A DNA stretch of 55,660 nucleotides, filler included, from Candidatus Woesearchaeota archaeon (GTDB lineage Archaea > Nanobdellota > Nanobdellia > Woesearchaeales > GCA-2685855): the NCBI GenBank assembly GCA_002685855.1. It is 4 parts of 4 records of this genome, joined end to end, with 100 filler letters (N's around TTAATTAATTAA, not from the genome) between each part and the next. Parts side by side here need not be neighbours in the genome. Positions count along the whole stretch, not along the records: positions 33,948 to 46,959 come from NYYS01000065.1; positions 47,060 to 55,660 come from NYYS01000066.1; 2 more parts are not named here. One strand, 5' to 3'. Shown here one piece after another: positions 45,058 through 54,220 of this stretch. Below the pieces are notes generated by a model. It saw only the letters and a program-made list of their open reading frames with translations, was not told the origin of the DNA and did no database searches. Each line of letters opens with the position of its first letter. The stretch's first letter is position 1. The translations under genes were made by a program, and so were the position numbers.

Positions 45058-45927
45058 ATGGTCTTCAAATATGACTTGCATAACCACTCAAACCGTTCAT
45101 TTGACTGTGGAGTGGATGGAAAAGAACTGATCTCTCTCGCTAAGAATAGGGGGGTAAAAGGAATTGGAATATGTGATCATGACAATTTCCCTAACCAAAG
45201 CCTTGAAGAACAAGCTAAGGCAGAAGGAATTGATGTCGTCCTCGGCATTGAATTCTCATGTATTGATGCACACATAATAGGTTATAACCTGCAGCTTAGA
45301 AAGAGAGATAAAGACTACTTAAAACAGAAATTTAAAGACTTTTATAGGGCTCATACAGAACACGGAAGATCCTTAATTTCTCAACTTAAAGAAAAAAAAT
45401 GGGATATTGATGAGATTGATATTATGAGTTTTAGTGGTAAACCTTTTGTAACAGCCATTGATATTTTTAGGTATTTCGCTGATGTTAAAAAGCTCTACAG
45501 TAGATGGCAAGAAACAAGAAGGGATTTTAGACAAAAAAAGATGTTTAGCCTAACAAAAAAAGAGGTTGACCACTTTGACCCATATGAAATAATTCAATTA
45601 ATAAAACGATCTAATGGCGTTGCTGTATGGGCACACCCTCTTTTTTCAAGAACTAACAATCATAAATATTTTAATTCATTTGAGCCAGAGGATGTTTTTA
45701 TAGAGGTCTCTTATCCCTATTTGGAAAATGGAATAGAGTATGGCACAAGTAATGAAGAGCTTCAGAAGATTGTGAAAGATCGATGTATTGAAAAAGGTTT
45801 TAGAATGTCAGGAGGATCTGATAGTCATTATCCTATTAAGGTGTTTAATTCTGGAGTTCCGATTTTTCCAGGAGATTTTGGACTTGATAAAGAAGACGAG
45901 CCAATTATTCAACAATTATTTTGCTGA
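45058..45927 (+). CDS. PHP-domain phosphoesterase (TrpH/YciV-like)
   Basis: DLHNHS, ICDHD, GIEFSC, HIIG, WAHP, GGSDSH. Confidence 0.9.
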   Translation: MVFKYDLHNHSNRSFDCGVDGKELISLAKNRGVKGIGICDHDNFPNQSLEEQAKAEGIDVVLGIEFSCIDAHIIGYNLQLRKRDKDYLKQKFKDFYRAHTEHGRSLISQLKEKKWDIDEIDIMSFSGKPFVTAIDIFRYFADVKKLYSRWQETRRDFRQKKMFSLTKKEVDHFDPYEIIQLIKRSNGVAVWAHPLFSRTNNHKYFNSFEPEDVFIEVSYPYLENGIEYGTSNEELQKIVKDRCIEKGFRMSGGSDSHYPIKVFNSGVPIFPGDFGLDKEDEPIIQQLFC

Positions 45928-46659
45928 TTCTTTGATAAACTTGTTTATATCATCAATATCTGATTGATTATCTTCTATTGTTCGTGTTTCAGTAATGATC
46001 TTTTTAACATGGTGAAGTTCTTTTAAGACATGTTTCCAGTCTAAGCTTCCATCTTTTAAAGCAGTATGCGAATCTTTTCCTTGGTTGTTATGGGCATGAA
46101 CATAGGTTGTTCTTTTATCAATCTTCTTTAAAAAACTGTTCAGATCATGACCGAATCTTTTTGTTTCAATTCCTACATTCAAGTGGCCTAAATCCAAGTT
46201 GTAATTAATATCTGGGAATTTTTCTAATAGATCCAATGTAACATCTGCCACAAGACATCCGTTAGCCTCATATAGCAGTTCAACATCATAGGATTGGGCA
46301 AATTTTACGATTTCTTGTAATTGTGATATCTCCTTCTTTTCAAGCTTTTCATGTTTCAGGTGAAATACGAGCTCTTTAATTTTCCACTTATTGCAAACCA
46401 CTATCTCAGCTTTTAATCTTTCAATCTCTGCTTGTGTATACTATTCTTCTGATAGAAAAATCTTCACAGTCCCTGAATGAAAGCTTAAATCATATCCTGC
46501 GATCTTTTTTCCAATTTTCTCGATCCAGCCAGGATCAAAAAATAGTCTTGCTGACCGACCTCCTATTTCAATAGTTCTACTTGGTAATTTATTTAATTGA
46601 TCGAACCAATTCCTCTGATCCAGTACAGATGTTGTTACTCCAACTTTAATATACATCAC
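45916..46659 (-). pseudogene. Xylose-isomerase/AP-endonuclease-2-like TIM-barrel gene interrupted by one in-frame TAG
   Basis: 46441..46659 and 45916..46401 are in one frame (FLSEE*YTQAEIERLKAEIVVCNKW). Metal motifs LSFH, LVFH, YEAN, LDLGH, VHAHNN...DSH, TE. Confidence 0.75.
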
Positions 46660-46958
46660 CCTTGCAAACCATTTTTTCTCTCTATAAGTGCATGATCGAG
46701 TCCCACTTCCAATTGTACTATCGAATCAATGCTATGAGGATATACCCAGTCTGTATATTCTCTTAATCTTCTACTAATAACCTCGTCTGAAGGAGGCGTT
46801 TCTTTTCTTTTAAAACGTTGAAGGTATTTAAAGCTTGCTATTAATAAGACTTTAACAGTCTCAAATTCATGGTTCTTGAAATAATGAATAAAGTTTGGAT
46901 GATGGGCGTGGATTCCATCGAGAATAAAAGACCTAGAAGGATAAAGAATATTTGAAGA
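46656..46958 (-). CDS. C-terminal part of a uridine kinase/phosphoribulokinase-like protein (truncated by contig end)
   Basis: Open frame SSNILYPSRSFILDGIHAHHP...SRRLREYTDWVYPHSID...GLQG*. ILDGIHA resembles the kinase IIVEGIHA strand. The stop overlaps the next start. Confidence 0.5.
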   Translation of the reverse strand, partial: SSNILYPSRSFILDGIHAHHPNFIHYFKNHEFETVKVLLIASFKYLQRFKRKETPPSDEVISRRLREYTDWVYPHSIDSIVQLEVGLDHALIERKNGLQG

Positions 46959-46959
46959 A

Positions 46960-47059
46960 NNNNNNNNNNNNNNNNNNNNNNNNNNNNNNNNNNNNNNNNN
47001 NNNTTAATTAATTAANNNNNNNNNNNNNNNNNNNNNNNNNNNNNNNNNNNNNNNNNNNN
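46960..47059. other. Artificial contig linker
   Basis: N44-TTAATTAATTAA-N44. Confidence 0.99.
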
Positions 47060-47542
47060 GAGATTGAGTTGGGCCCGGTAACTGATATACTGGGGACTAC
47101 GGTTAATTTTGACGGTAAGGTATTTAAGGCTGTCGGAATGGGCGCCCCTCCGAGTGATGAGGACAAGAAGTCTGCGGGCAGTTCGGGTTCTAGTGTCGGT
47201 CCTATGGACAGTGATACGAGTGATGGTTATCTTATAAAAGCAACTGGTTATGGTGCTGCCCCGGACGATCCCAATATGGTAAAAGCACAAAAAAGCTCTC
47301 TGGGTTTTCGTGCCGCAGAAGTAGATGCAAAAAGGCAACTTCTTGAGACGGCACTGGGGGTCAAGGTGTCCAGTGACACATATATAGTTGATATGGTAAC
47401 CAAAAGTGACAAGATAGAGGCAAAGGTTAAAGGTTACATAAAAGGTGCTATTGTAGTTGAGAGAAGGGTAAATGACGGTATATACGAAGTGGATGTTGAG
47501 ATAGAATTGGCACCATTAATAGAAAGTACAGATTGGGATTGA
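47060..47542 (+). CDS. LPP20-like domain protein, 5'-truncated (bacterial)
   Basis: IKATGYGAAP, RAAEVDAKRQLLE..GVKVSS.T...DM...SD...KVKGYIKGA, YEVDVEI. Confidence 0.75.
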   Translation, partial: EIELGPVTDILGTTVNFDGKVFKAVGMGAPPSDEDKKSAGSSGSSVGPMDSDTSDGYLIKATGYGAAPDDPNMVKAQKSSLGFRAAEVDAKRQLLETALGVKVSSDTYIVDMVTKSDKIEAKVKGYIKGAIVVERRVNDGIYEVDVEIELAPLIESTDWD

Positions 47543-47731
47543 GAATGTCTTGAGATTGTGGATTTGTTTAAATGTAATGTGCAAGAGTTTTATAAGCGCA
47601 TGCTAATCACACGAAAAGATACAAAAAAAGCATTCGTGACTTTCGTGAGAGAAGCCTCCAAAGGTTATGTTGATGGAGCTGTGTTGAGTTCAACTTGTCG
47701 CTGAATTTCGGTCAAGTATAAACAATTAAAC

Positions 47732-48898
47732 ATGAATAAATTAATAAAAACAAACCTCCTGTGTCTGGTCCCGGGATTGTTCTTCCTGGTTATGTGTGCT
47801 GCTGTTTCTTCAGGAGAAGAACTTGAAGTAACCTCAGAAGGTGTTGGTGCGGTGACTGTTTCGGCGGCAAGCGCGAGGGATATGGCTATAGAAGACGCGC
47901 TCAGGAGGGCTGTTGAACAGGTGGTAGGTACCTTTATCGACTCAGAGAGCATGGTAGAAAATATGGTACTCCTTAGTGATACTGTTTATTCAAAGTCCAG
48001 GGGATATGTTAAGAATTATAAGATTATTCAAGAATTGGAAGAAAACAGTTTGTACAGGATTAAAATCCATGCAACTGTAGGAACCGATGGTATCAGGGGA
48101 GATCTTGAGGCAATCGGTCTCTTAATGCAGAGAAAGCACAAGCCCAGGGTGATGATTATCGCGGTTGAAACTATAGAGGAAAAGGATCTCCAGGTTCTCG
48201 AAAACCTTTCTGTAACAGAAAACTCTATGATTAGGATGTTCCAACAAAAGGGGTTTAAAGTTATCGACGCTGATACGGTAAAAAAAGTTGCAAAACGGGA
48301 TCAGCTGCTCAGTGCCCTTCAGGGTGACAACATGCTTGCCGCGAAGATTGGCCTTCAGTATGGAGCGGAGGTAGTCGTTATTGGTAAGGCTACGGCAAGT
48401 TCCTCTGGTTATGTGCAGAACGACAGTAAGCTGCAATCAATAAATGCTAATGTTACCGCCAGGGTGATTCGGGCGGACAATGCAGAGATTATTGCTGCCG
48501 ATGATAGGATGAGTACCAAGGCTCATATCAGTGTAGTGAAGGGGGCGCATAAGGCATTTAAGAGTGCCGGTGAGAAACTGGCAGACACCCTGATCGATCA
48601 GATACTCTCAAAATGGAGTGATGAGACAACGAATCTCGGATCTGTTGTTCTTGTCATTTCAGGCATAGGTTCTTTTTCGGACCTTATAGAGTTCAAGAAG
48701 GCATTGACACGAAATGTAAGGGGCGTAAAGAGCATACACCAGAGATCATTTACCGGTGGTGTTGCAAAATTGGAGATAGACTTGCGCGGCGACACACAGA
48801 CACTGGCCGAAATGCTGGTAACACAGAAGATGGGTACTGTTATGATTGACGTAACAGACATGACACAGAACAAGATCCAGGCCAGGGTCAAGGAGTGA
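47732..48898 (+). CDS. Secreted FlgT_N-domain protein with CsgG/TolB_N-like middle domain
   Basis: Signal peptide; ARDMAIEDALRRAVEQVVGTFIDSES; KPRVMI; AAKIGLQYGAEVVVIGKA. Confidence 0.8.
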   Translation: MNKLIKTNLLCLVPGLFFLVMCAAVSSGEELEVTSEGVGAVTVSAASARDMAIEDALRRAVEQVVGTFIDSESMVENMVLLSDTVYSKSRGYVKNYKIIQELEENSLYRIKIHATVGTDGIRGDLEAIGLLMQRKHKPRVMIIAVETIEEKDLQVLENLSVTENSMIRMFQQKGFKVIDADTVKKVAKRDQLLSALQGDNMLAAKIGLQYGAEVVVIGKATASSSGYVQNDSKLQSINANVTARVIRADNAEIIAADDRMSTKAHISVVKGAHKAFKSAGEKLADTLIDQILSKWSDETTNLGSVVLVISGIGSFSDLIEFKKALTRNVRGVKSIHQRSFTGGVAKLEIDLRGDTQTLAEMLVTQKMGTVMIDVTDMTQNKIQARVKE

Positions 48899-49236
48899 CA
48901 TTATAACTCTAATATTAATATCATATCCGGTATGGGTATTCTCAGGAAGAGCTTATCTCTTTTTTCTTACTACTTACGAGTGCCGACATGTAGTGAAAAC
49001 ATGTGGTTTGGAGGGTTCCAGGGAACACCTGAACAGACTGCTCAAGCTCTCTCTACCTAAAAGAAGAAAGCCTGAGGGTGCTTAAGGGGGGAATCAAGCC
49101 GAAATGCAATAATATACTTTATACTTTTCCAGTTTCATTTAAGTATACCCGCCTGTAAGTAAACAAACAGATGTGTTAAAGATATAATTATATATGTCAA
49201 TGTTTTATTTTTTGCACAATATACAAGGATCATAAT

Positions 49237-50376
49237 ATGAAAACAAGAGTGACCTTTAGCGTTATCTGCCTTTTCATTCTTTCGGTGGTTGCGGCAGGCC
49301 GTGTCTCTGGAGAGACAGATACCATAGAAGTGATGGCAGAGGGAAATTCCGCACTGGAGGATACTGCCATGGCCAGGGACGAGGCTCTCAGTCATGCACA
49401 GAGGATGGCAGTGGAGAAAGGAGTAGGTGTGTACGTAGATTCCAATACTCTCACAAGAAACTATCAACTTATAGAAGACAATATAATTGCTACGTCTCAG
49501 GGATATCTGCTTCCTGATTACGAGATAATGACTGAAGGAAGGAAGTCTGACGGGCTGTACCATCTGACTCTGAGCGCCAGAGTACGGCTGGGGAAGGTAT
49601 CTGATGACATAGAGATATTAGAGAAGATGCACAAGGTTGGGCTCATAAAGAAAGGTGGAAACCCAAGGATTATGGTTGTGGTGACTAAAGACGATTTTGG
49701 CGAAAGGGTTTCTTCAAACTTTGCTGTTGCAAAGCTCTCAGGTGTACTCATAAAACAGGGGTTTGAGGTAATAAGTGAGGACAGGTTCAGGCACAACCTG
49801 GAGATGAGCCAGAAGAAGGAATTGTTGAGCGGCAATATTACAACAGCCGCCAGCATCGGTACAGAAAATGGTTGTGAGATCGTGGTAATGGGGCATGTCA
49901 TAACAAATACGGGTGACGAGATAACCATCGGTGCCGTGACCGTACGTCCTGTCAATGCCAGTCTGGAGATCAGGGGGATCCAGACAGACAATTCAGTAGT
50001 CATATTCAGCAGGATAGTCACGGGTGAAGGTGCCAATAATGAGGTAGCGGCTATAACTAATGCATGCAAAAAGGCGGGAAAATATATTGCCGGTGGTATA
50101 CTCGAAAACGTTGTATCAAATATTAACAAAATAGAGGTGCAGGTAAAGGAGATGAGCAACGATGATTTCGAGAGGTTTACGCTTGATCTCCTGAAGGTTC
50201 GTGGCATACTGAACAGATACGTGAGGAACTATGATGAAAAAGGGCGTTCAATCATAGATATCGAGGCTACAGAACAGAGCTGGCAGATCCTGCAGAAGCT
50301 CAAGGCCGTGTCAGGATTAGACCTTGCAGCAGAGGCGGTCAGCAGGAACAGAATTGTCTTGAAGCAGGGACTATAA
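49237..50376 (+). CDS. Secreted FlgT_N-domain protein (paralog of 47732..48898)
   Basis: ARDEALSHAQRMAVEKGVGVYVDS; NPRIMVVV; AASIGTENGCEIVVMG. Confidence 0.8.
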   Translation: MKTRVTFSVICLFILSVVAAGRVSGETDTIEVMAEGNSALEDTAMARDEALSHAQRMAVEKGVGVYVDSNTLTRNYQLIEDNIIATSQGYLLPDYEIMTEGRKSDGLYHLTLSARVRLGKVSDDIEILEKMHKVGLIKKGGNPRIMVVVTKDDFGERVSSNFAVAKLSGVLIKQGFEVISEDRFRHNLEMSQKKELLSGNITTAASIGTENGCEIVVMGHVITNTGDEITIGAVTVRPVNASLEIRGIQTDNSVVIFSRIVTGEGANNEVAAITNACKKAGKYIAGGILENVVSNINKIEVQVKEMSNDDFERFTLDLLKVRGILNRYVRNYDEKGRSIIDIEATEQSWQILQKLKAVSGLDLAAEAVSRNRIVLKQGL

Positions 50377-50566
50377 AAGAAAAAAATCAGCCACAGAAAA
50401 TGTAGGCACTTTTAACTTTTTATGTAGTCAGTAGGATGGGTAATGCCCACCACGCTGAACTAGACACTTCCCGGAAAGGAGGTTGGGCTGGCCCTGTTCT
50501 CGTCCGCCTTAATGACCTGGTCGGACAGCAGGAAAACAGATAAAGAGGGAAAACAATTCTCACACG

Positions 50567-50863
50567 AAGGCACGGAAGTGGGTCAAGGATCTTAATAAGA
50601 GAGGGTATGCTGGATACAACGATTGGAGACTGCCGACAGTAGAAGAAGCTGTCTCACTGCTGGAATCGAGCAAGAGGAATAAATTATATAAAGATCCTAT
50701 CTTTAGTAATAAGCAAAGATTCATCTGGACTGGTGATAAATCTAGTTCGGGGGCTGAGTGGGGCGTCGCCTTCAGCGCTGGTCGTGTGGCCTTCAACTAT
50801 GGTCAAGTGCACTGGCCCCCCATCCACAAAGGCTATGTGCGTCCTGTTCGTTCCGTGAAATGA
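50567..50863 (+). pseudogene. DUF1566 (Lcl C-terminal / C-type-lectin-like) gene remnant without start codon
   Basis: Hand translation: KARKWVKDLNKRGYAGYNDWRLPTVEEAVSLLESS...IWTGD...W.V.F...YVRPVRSVK*. In-frame TGA at 50513 and no ATG/GTG/TTG before the domain. Confidence 0.8.
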
Positions 50864-51046
50864 TACCCGCCCAACAAACTGGCGGGCAGGCGGCTTGGTT
50901 ATTTGATTATCTGTTTCTATCTGTGTAAGCCTGACTTTTCTTTTGACTCTGTGCCCTCGGTGGCAGTTCTATTTCTTTTTTGACCGGGATATTCAGCCGG
51001 TATTGCTTTAGAATCCGCGCCTGAAGGAATTATGGGGATATATAAA

Positions 51047-51727
51047 ATGAGATATATTTTTCTGCCTTTATTTATAACCGCTTTTCTCTTAATTGCAGGG
51101 GAAGGTTATTCAACCGAAGAAGAGGATGATGGCAGTCTGGAGATGCGCTTTAAATGGGCAATTATTCTTGTTGATCACAAGGGGGAGCGAGGAACCCTGA
51201 GCATTACTAAGAATACCACTATCTTTTCCGGAGATTCTATGAGTATATTCATTCAGCCGAAAGAGAGTGCATATATCTATCTATATCTGGTTGATTCAAA
51301 GGACGACCTTCTTTTACTGTTTCCTGACAGGATAAGTGATTTTGACAAAGACTACAGCTTTGGCAAGGGATATCGTATACCTGGAGAAGGGAGGTGGCTT
51401 ACCATAGATCAGCATAAAGGTACAGAAACATTCTTCCTTCTTGCCTCTGTAAAGAGACTCGAAAAACTTGAAGCACTGACCAGGTCCCATACGTCCGCTT
51501 CAGGCCGTGCCAGAGAAGCTGCAAAGTTAAAGGTAATTGCCGAGATCAAGAATGTTAAGAGGGACTTCAGCAGGTTAAAGGTATTTGCAGAGAAGCCGAC
51601 CCCTATCCTGGGTACGATGCACAGGAGAGGAGGAGGAGGGGGAGAAGAGATAGAGATAAACAGCTATGCTATCGAGGTAAGTGCAAAAGATATTTATAGT
51701 AAGACTATAAGGCTTGAACACAAATAA
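51047..51727 (+). CDS. Secreted DUF4384-domain protein
   Basis: Signal peptide; SGDSMSI, AYIYLYLVDSKDDLLLLFP, YRIP, GTETFFLLAS. Confidence 0.82.
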   Translation: MRYIFLPLFITAFLLIAGEGYSTEEEDDGSLEMRFKWAIILVDHKGERGTLSITKNTTIFSGDSMSIFIQPKESAYIYLYLVDSKDDLLLLFPDRISDFDKDYSFGKGYRIPGEGRWLTIDQHKGTETFFLLASVKRLEKLEALTRSHTSASGRAREAAKLKVIAEIKNVKRDFSRLKVFAEKPTPILGTMHRRGGGGGEEIEINSYAIEVSAKDIYSKTIRLEHK

Positions 51728-53669
51728 AAATAAACACATTCGTATACTTATTCTCATCCTGGGTTCCTTTATCGGTTCTCATCTCCTTTTTATTATGTTT
51801 TCCGGTGTCTTTGATACCTTGGATCTGCGTGTACGTGATTATGCGTTTCAGGTCCGCTACCAGTTATTCGGCAGGGGTAAGGTCTATAATCATTTAGTGC
51901 ATGTAGATATTAATGATTCAACATTCCAGGTAATCAAGCCGCACGAATGGGACTACTCAATTGACGCAAGGGTTGTGAATGCCCTGACTGAGTTGAATGT
52001 GGGTGCAATAGCTTATGATATGTTGTTTTCTGATCCTTCCGAGGCGGAAGAAAATCAGGACCTTATTGATGCGGTCTCAGGCTCAAAACGAGTCTATTTT
52101 CCGATGGTCCTGGGGTTTGGTGATAACAGAGGCAGACCGGTATCACCACAGACGGCATATAATGAAGAAGAATTTATGAAGGACCAGGTATGGAAACTCA
52201 AGGTCAGTCGAGGGGGTAAGCCGTTAAGCGCTTCCGGCATAAAAATATTACCTTTTCCTGAGCTGAGAGGGCACGGTGCGGGGATAGGACACATAAACGC
52301 CTATCCTGACCGTGATGGTGTATATCGCAGGCTTCCACTCTTCATCCGGTATAATGACGGCTATGTCCCGAGTCTGACATTCCGTATGGTGTGTGATTAT
52401 GTCCAGGTAGCGGCATCAAACATAGAGGTGTTCTTCGGACAGCATATTATACTCCACGATGCAAAGATGCCGTATCAGAAGAAGGAGGATATTATTATAC
52501 CTATTGACGAACAGGGTAACATGATCGTAAACTTTGCCGGGCCGTGGGGAGATTCCTTTGATCATTTTAATTATGCAGAGCTCTTAAATGTCAGTGATGA
52601 TAATGAGCGTCTGGGCCGGATACGGGATGTAATGGATGGGGACCTGGTGCTGGTGGCAAATGTATCGACAGGTTTTATGGATATAGGCAATTCTCCCATA
52701 GAGACACTATATCCATTGTGCGGTATTCATACAAACGTTGCCAACACAATCCTTACTAAAGATTTTCTCTACGAATTATCCATCTGGAAACAGATTGCAA
52801 TAGATACATCTCTGATGGCCCTGATAATCTTTGTTGCCTTAAGATTTGGCACTCTGAATTTCTCTTTCATCATAATCCTTGTATTAATGGCCTTTCTGGC
52901 ATTTGCCAGCTACCTTTTTTTCTATCATAATATATTGACTAATATTGTGCGGCCATACATCGGCCTGCAGCTTTCCCTCATAATGGTAAACATTTATAGT
53001 TATATATATGAAAGACAAGAAAAGGCTTTAATTCGGCACAGGTTTGAATGCTATTTTGCACCGTCTACATTGAACAAGATCCTTCGGTCGCGCAAGAGGC
53101 TTGAGATGAGTGAGAAGAAGGTGCTGACCATCATTTTCAGTGATATCTCCAGCTTTACATTATGGAGTGAAACTCAGACGCCTGAAGAGGTCCGTTCCAC
53201 TCTGAATGAATATTTTGAGGAGATGTCAAAGATTGTATTCAAGTATGAAGGTACAATTGATAAGTACATAGGTGATGGCCTCATGGCCTTCTATGGAGAC
53301 CCTTTTAAGATGGAGGATCAGACATTGTGTGCAGTAAAGACAGCCATTGAAATGCAGCAGAAAACACGCGAACTTAAACGACGCTGGCAGTCACAGGGCA
53401 GATTGCCGATAAAGATACGTATAGGCATAAACAGAGGTGAGGTGGTGGTTGGCAATATGGGCTTTGAGAGACGTATGGATTATACAGTGATTGGTTCGGC
53501 CGTCAATATAGCTCAACGTCTCGAGGCAAAAGCACCGGTTGAAGGTATCTTGATCAGTGAAGCAGTGCAAAGGGAGGTGAAGGGGTTAGTCAATACGAAA
53601 TTTAATGGAAAAGTTGCGTTAAAGGGTATTGAGGAAGAGCTTGATGTTTATGAGGTAAAGCTTGTGTAG
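51714..53669 (+). CDS. CHASE2-domain class III adenylate cyclase
   Basis: CHASE2 (VDIND, IAYDMLF, PDRDGVYRR), 3 TM, FSDISSFT, DKYIGDGLMA, MDYTVIGSAVNIAQRLE (K/D adenine-specific residues). Confidence 0.93.
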   Translation: MNTNKNKHIRILILILGSFIGSHLLFIMFSGVFDTLDLRVRDYAFQVRYQLFGRGKVYNHLVHVDINDSTFQVIKPHEWDYSIDARVVNALTELNVGAIAYDMLFSDPSEAEENQDLIDAVSGSKRVYFPMVLGFGDNRGRPVSPQTAYNEEEFMKDQVWKLKVSRGGKPLSASGIKILPFPELRGHGAGIGHINAYPDRDGVYRRLPLFIRYNDGYVPSLTFRMVCDYVQVAASNIEVFFGQHIILHDAKMPYQKKEDIIIPIDEQGNMIVNFAGPWGDSFDHFNYAELLNVSDDNERLGRIRDVMDGDLVLVANVSTGFMDIGNSPIETLYPLCGIHTNVANTILTKDFLYELSIWKQIAIDTSLMALIIFVALRFGTLNFSFIIILVLMAFLAFASYLFFYHNILTNIVRPYIGLQLSLIMVNIYSYIYERQEKALIRHRFECYFAPSTLNKILRSRKRLEMSEKKVLTIIFSDISSFTLWSETQTPEEVRSTLNEYFEEMSKIVFKYEGTIDKYIGDGLMAFYGDPFKMEDQTLCAVKTAIEMQQKTRELKRRWQSQGRLPIKIRIGINRGEVVVGNMGFERRMDYTVIGSAVNIAQRLEAKAPVEGILISEAVQREVKGLVNTKFNGKVALKGIEEELDVYEVKLV

Positions 53670-53910
53670 TGTTTTTTCGCGCATCATAAGCACTGCATGC
53701 CGGAGGTGACAAATATAGTTATGTGTTGTCACATTTTTAAAAGCGTTGCTTAAGGGAATGAGGAATAATTCGTTCTTGACTTGGTACATCATCAAAATTA
53801 CACTAGCACAGATTTCAGGAATGCCTGTAAGGAGGATCCTTATTTCGCACCTTTTGATACCACCGGCCCTGCAACTCTGCAGATGACAGTCAGCCTGTCT
53901 ATCATTTACC

Positions 53911-54210
53911 ATGAATGAAACACTGAACATAATGAGTCTGGATGTTAAATCACTGGCAATTCTTACTGTATGCAGCCTTCTTGCCCTGTTCGGGATCTAC
54001 AAGATTATGAGGCAGGGCATATCGTTAATATTTTGGGTACTATTGATTGTTGTTGGTGCCATTGGGATAGGTTATGTTCTGATACCGGATCTTACAAGCC
54101 ATGTTGTTGCTAAAATCAAATCAGGCGAATTTACCAGCCTGATCCCGGAAGAGCAAAAGAATACACTGCGCGATCACTTAAATCAGGCCTATACCAAGAG
54201 CAATAAATAG
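53911..54210 (+). CDS. Small membrane protein
   Basis: Two hydrophobic helices; directly upstream of the next gene. Confidence 0.6.
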   Translation: MNETLNIMSLDVKSLAILTVCSLLALFGIYKIMRQGISLIFWVLLIVVGAIGIGYVLIPDLTSHVVAKIKSGEFTSLIPEEQKNTLRDHLNQAYTKSNK

Positions 54211-54220
54211 AGGAAAACCG

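Noticed and set aside
21353..46443. Genome-wide stop-codon reassignment
   Set aside because: The two in-frame stops differ (TAA, TAG), and core genes end normally in TAG (thrS), TGA (rpl1) and TAA (rplP0).
17207..47059. TTAATTAATTAA palindromes inside N-runs, and track ORFs ending ...XXXLIN
   Set aside because: Artificial six-frame-stop linkers. Adjacency across them is not biological.
50567..50890. Complete diversity-generating retroelement
   Set aside because: No reverse transcriptase, Avd or template repeat in the window. Kept only as a possible remote target.
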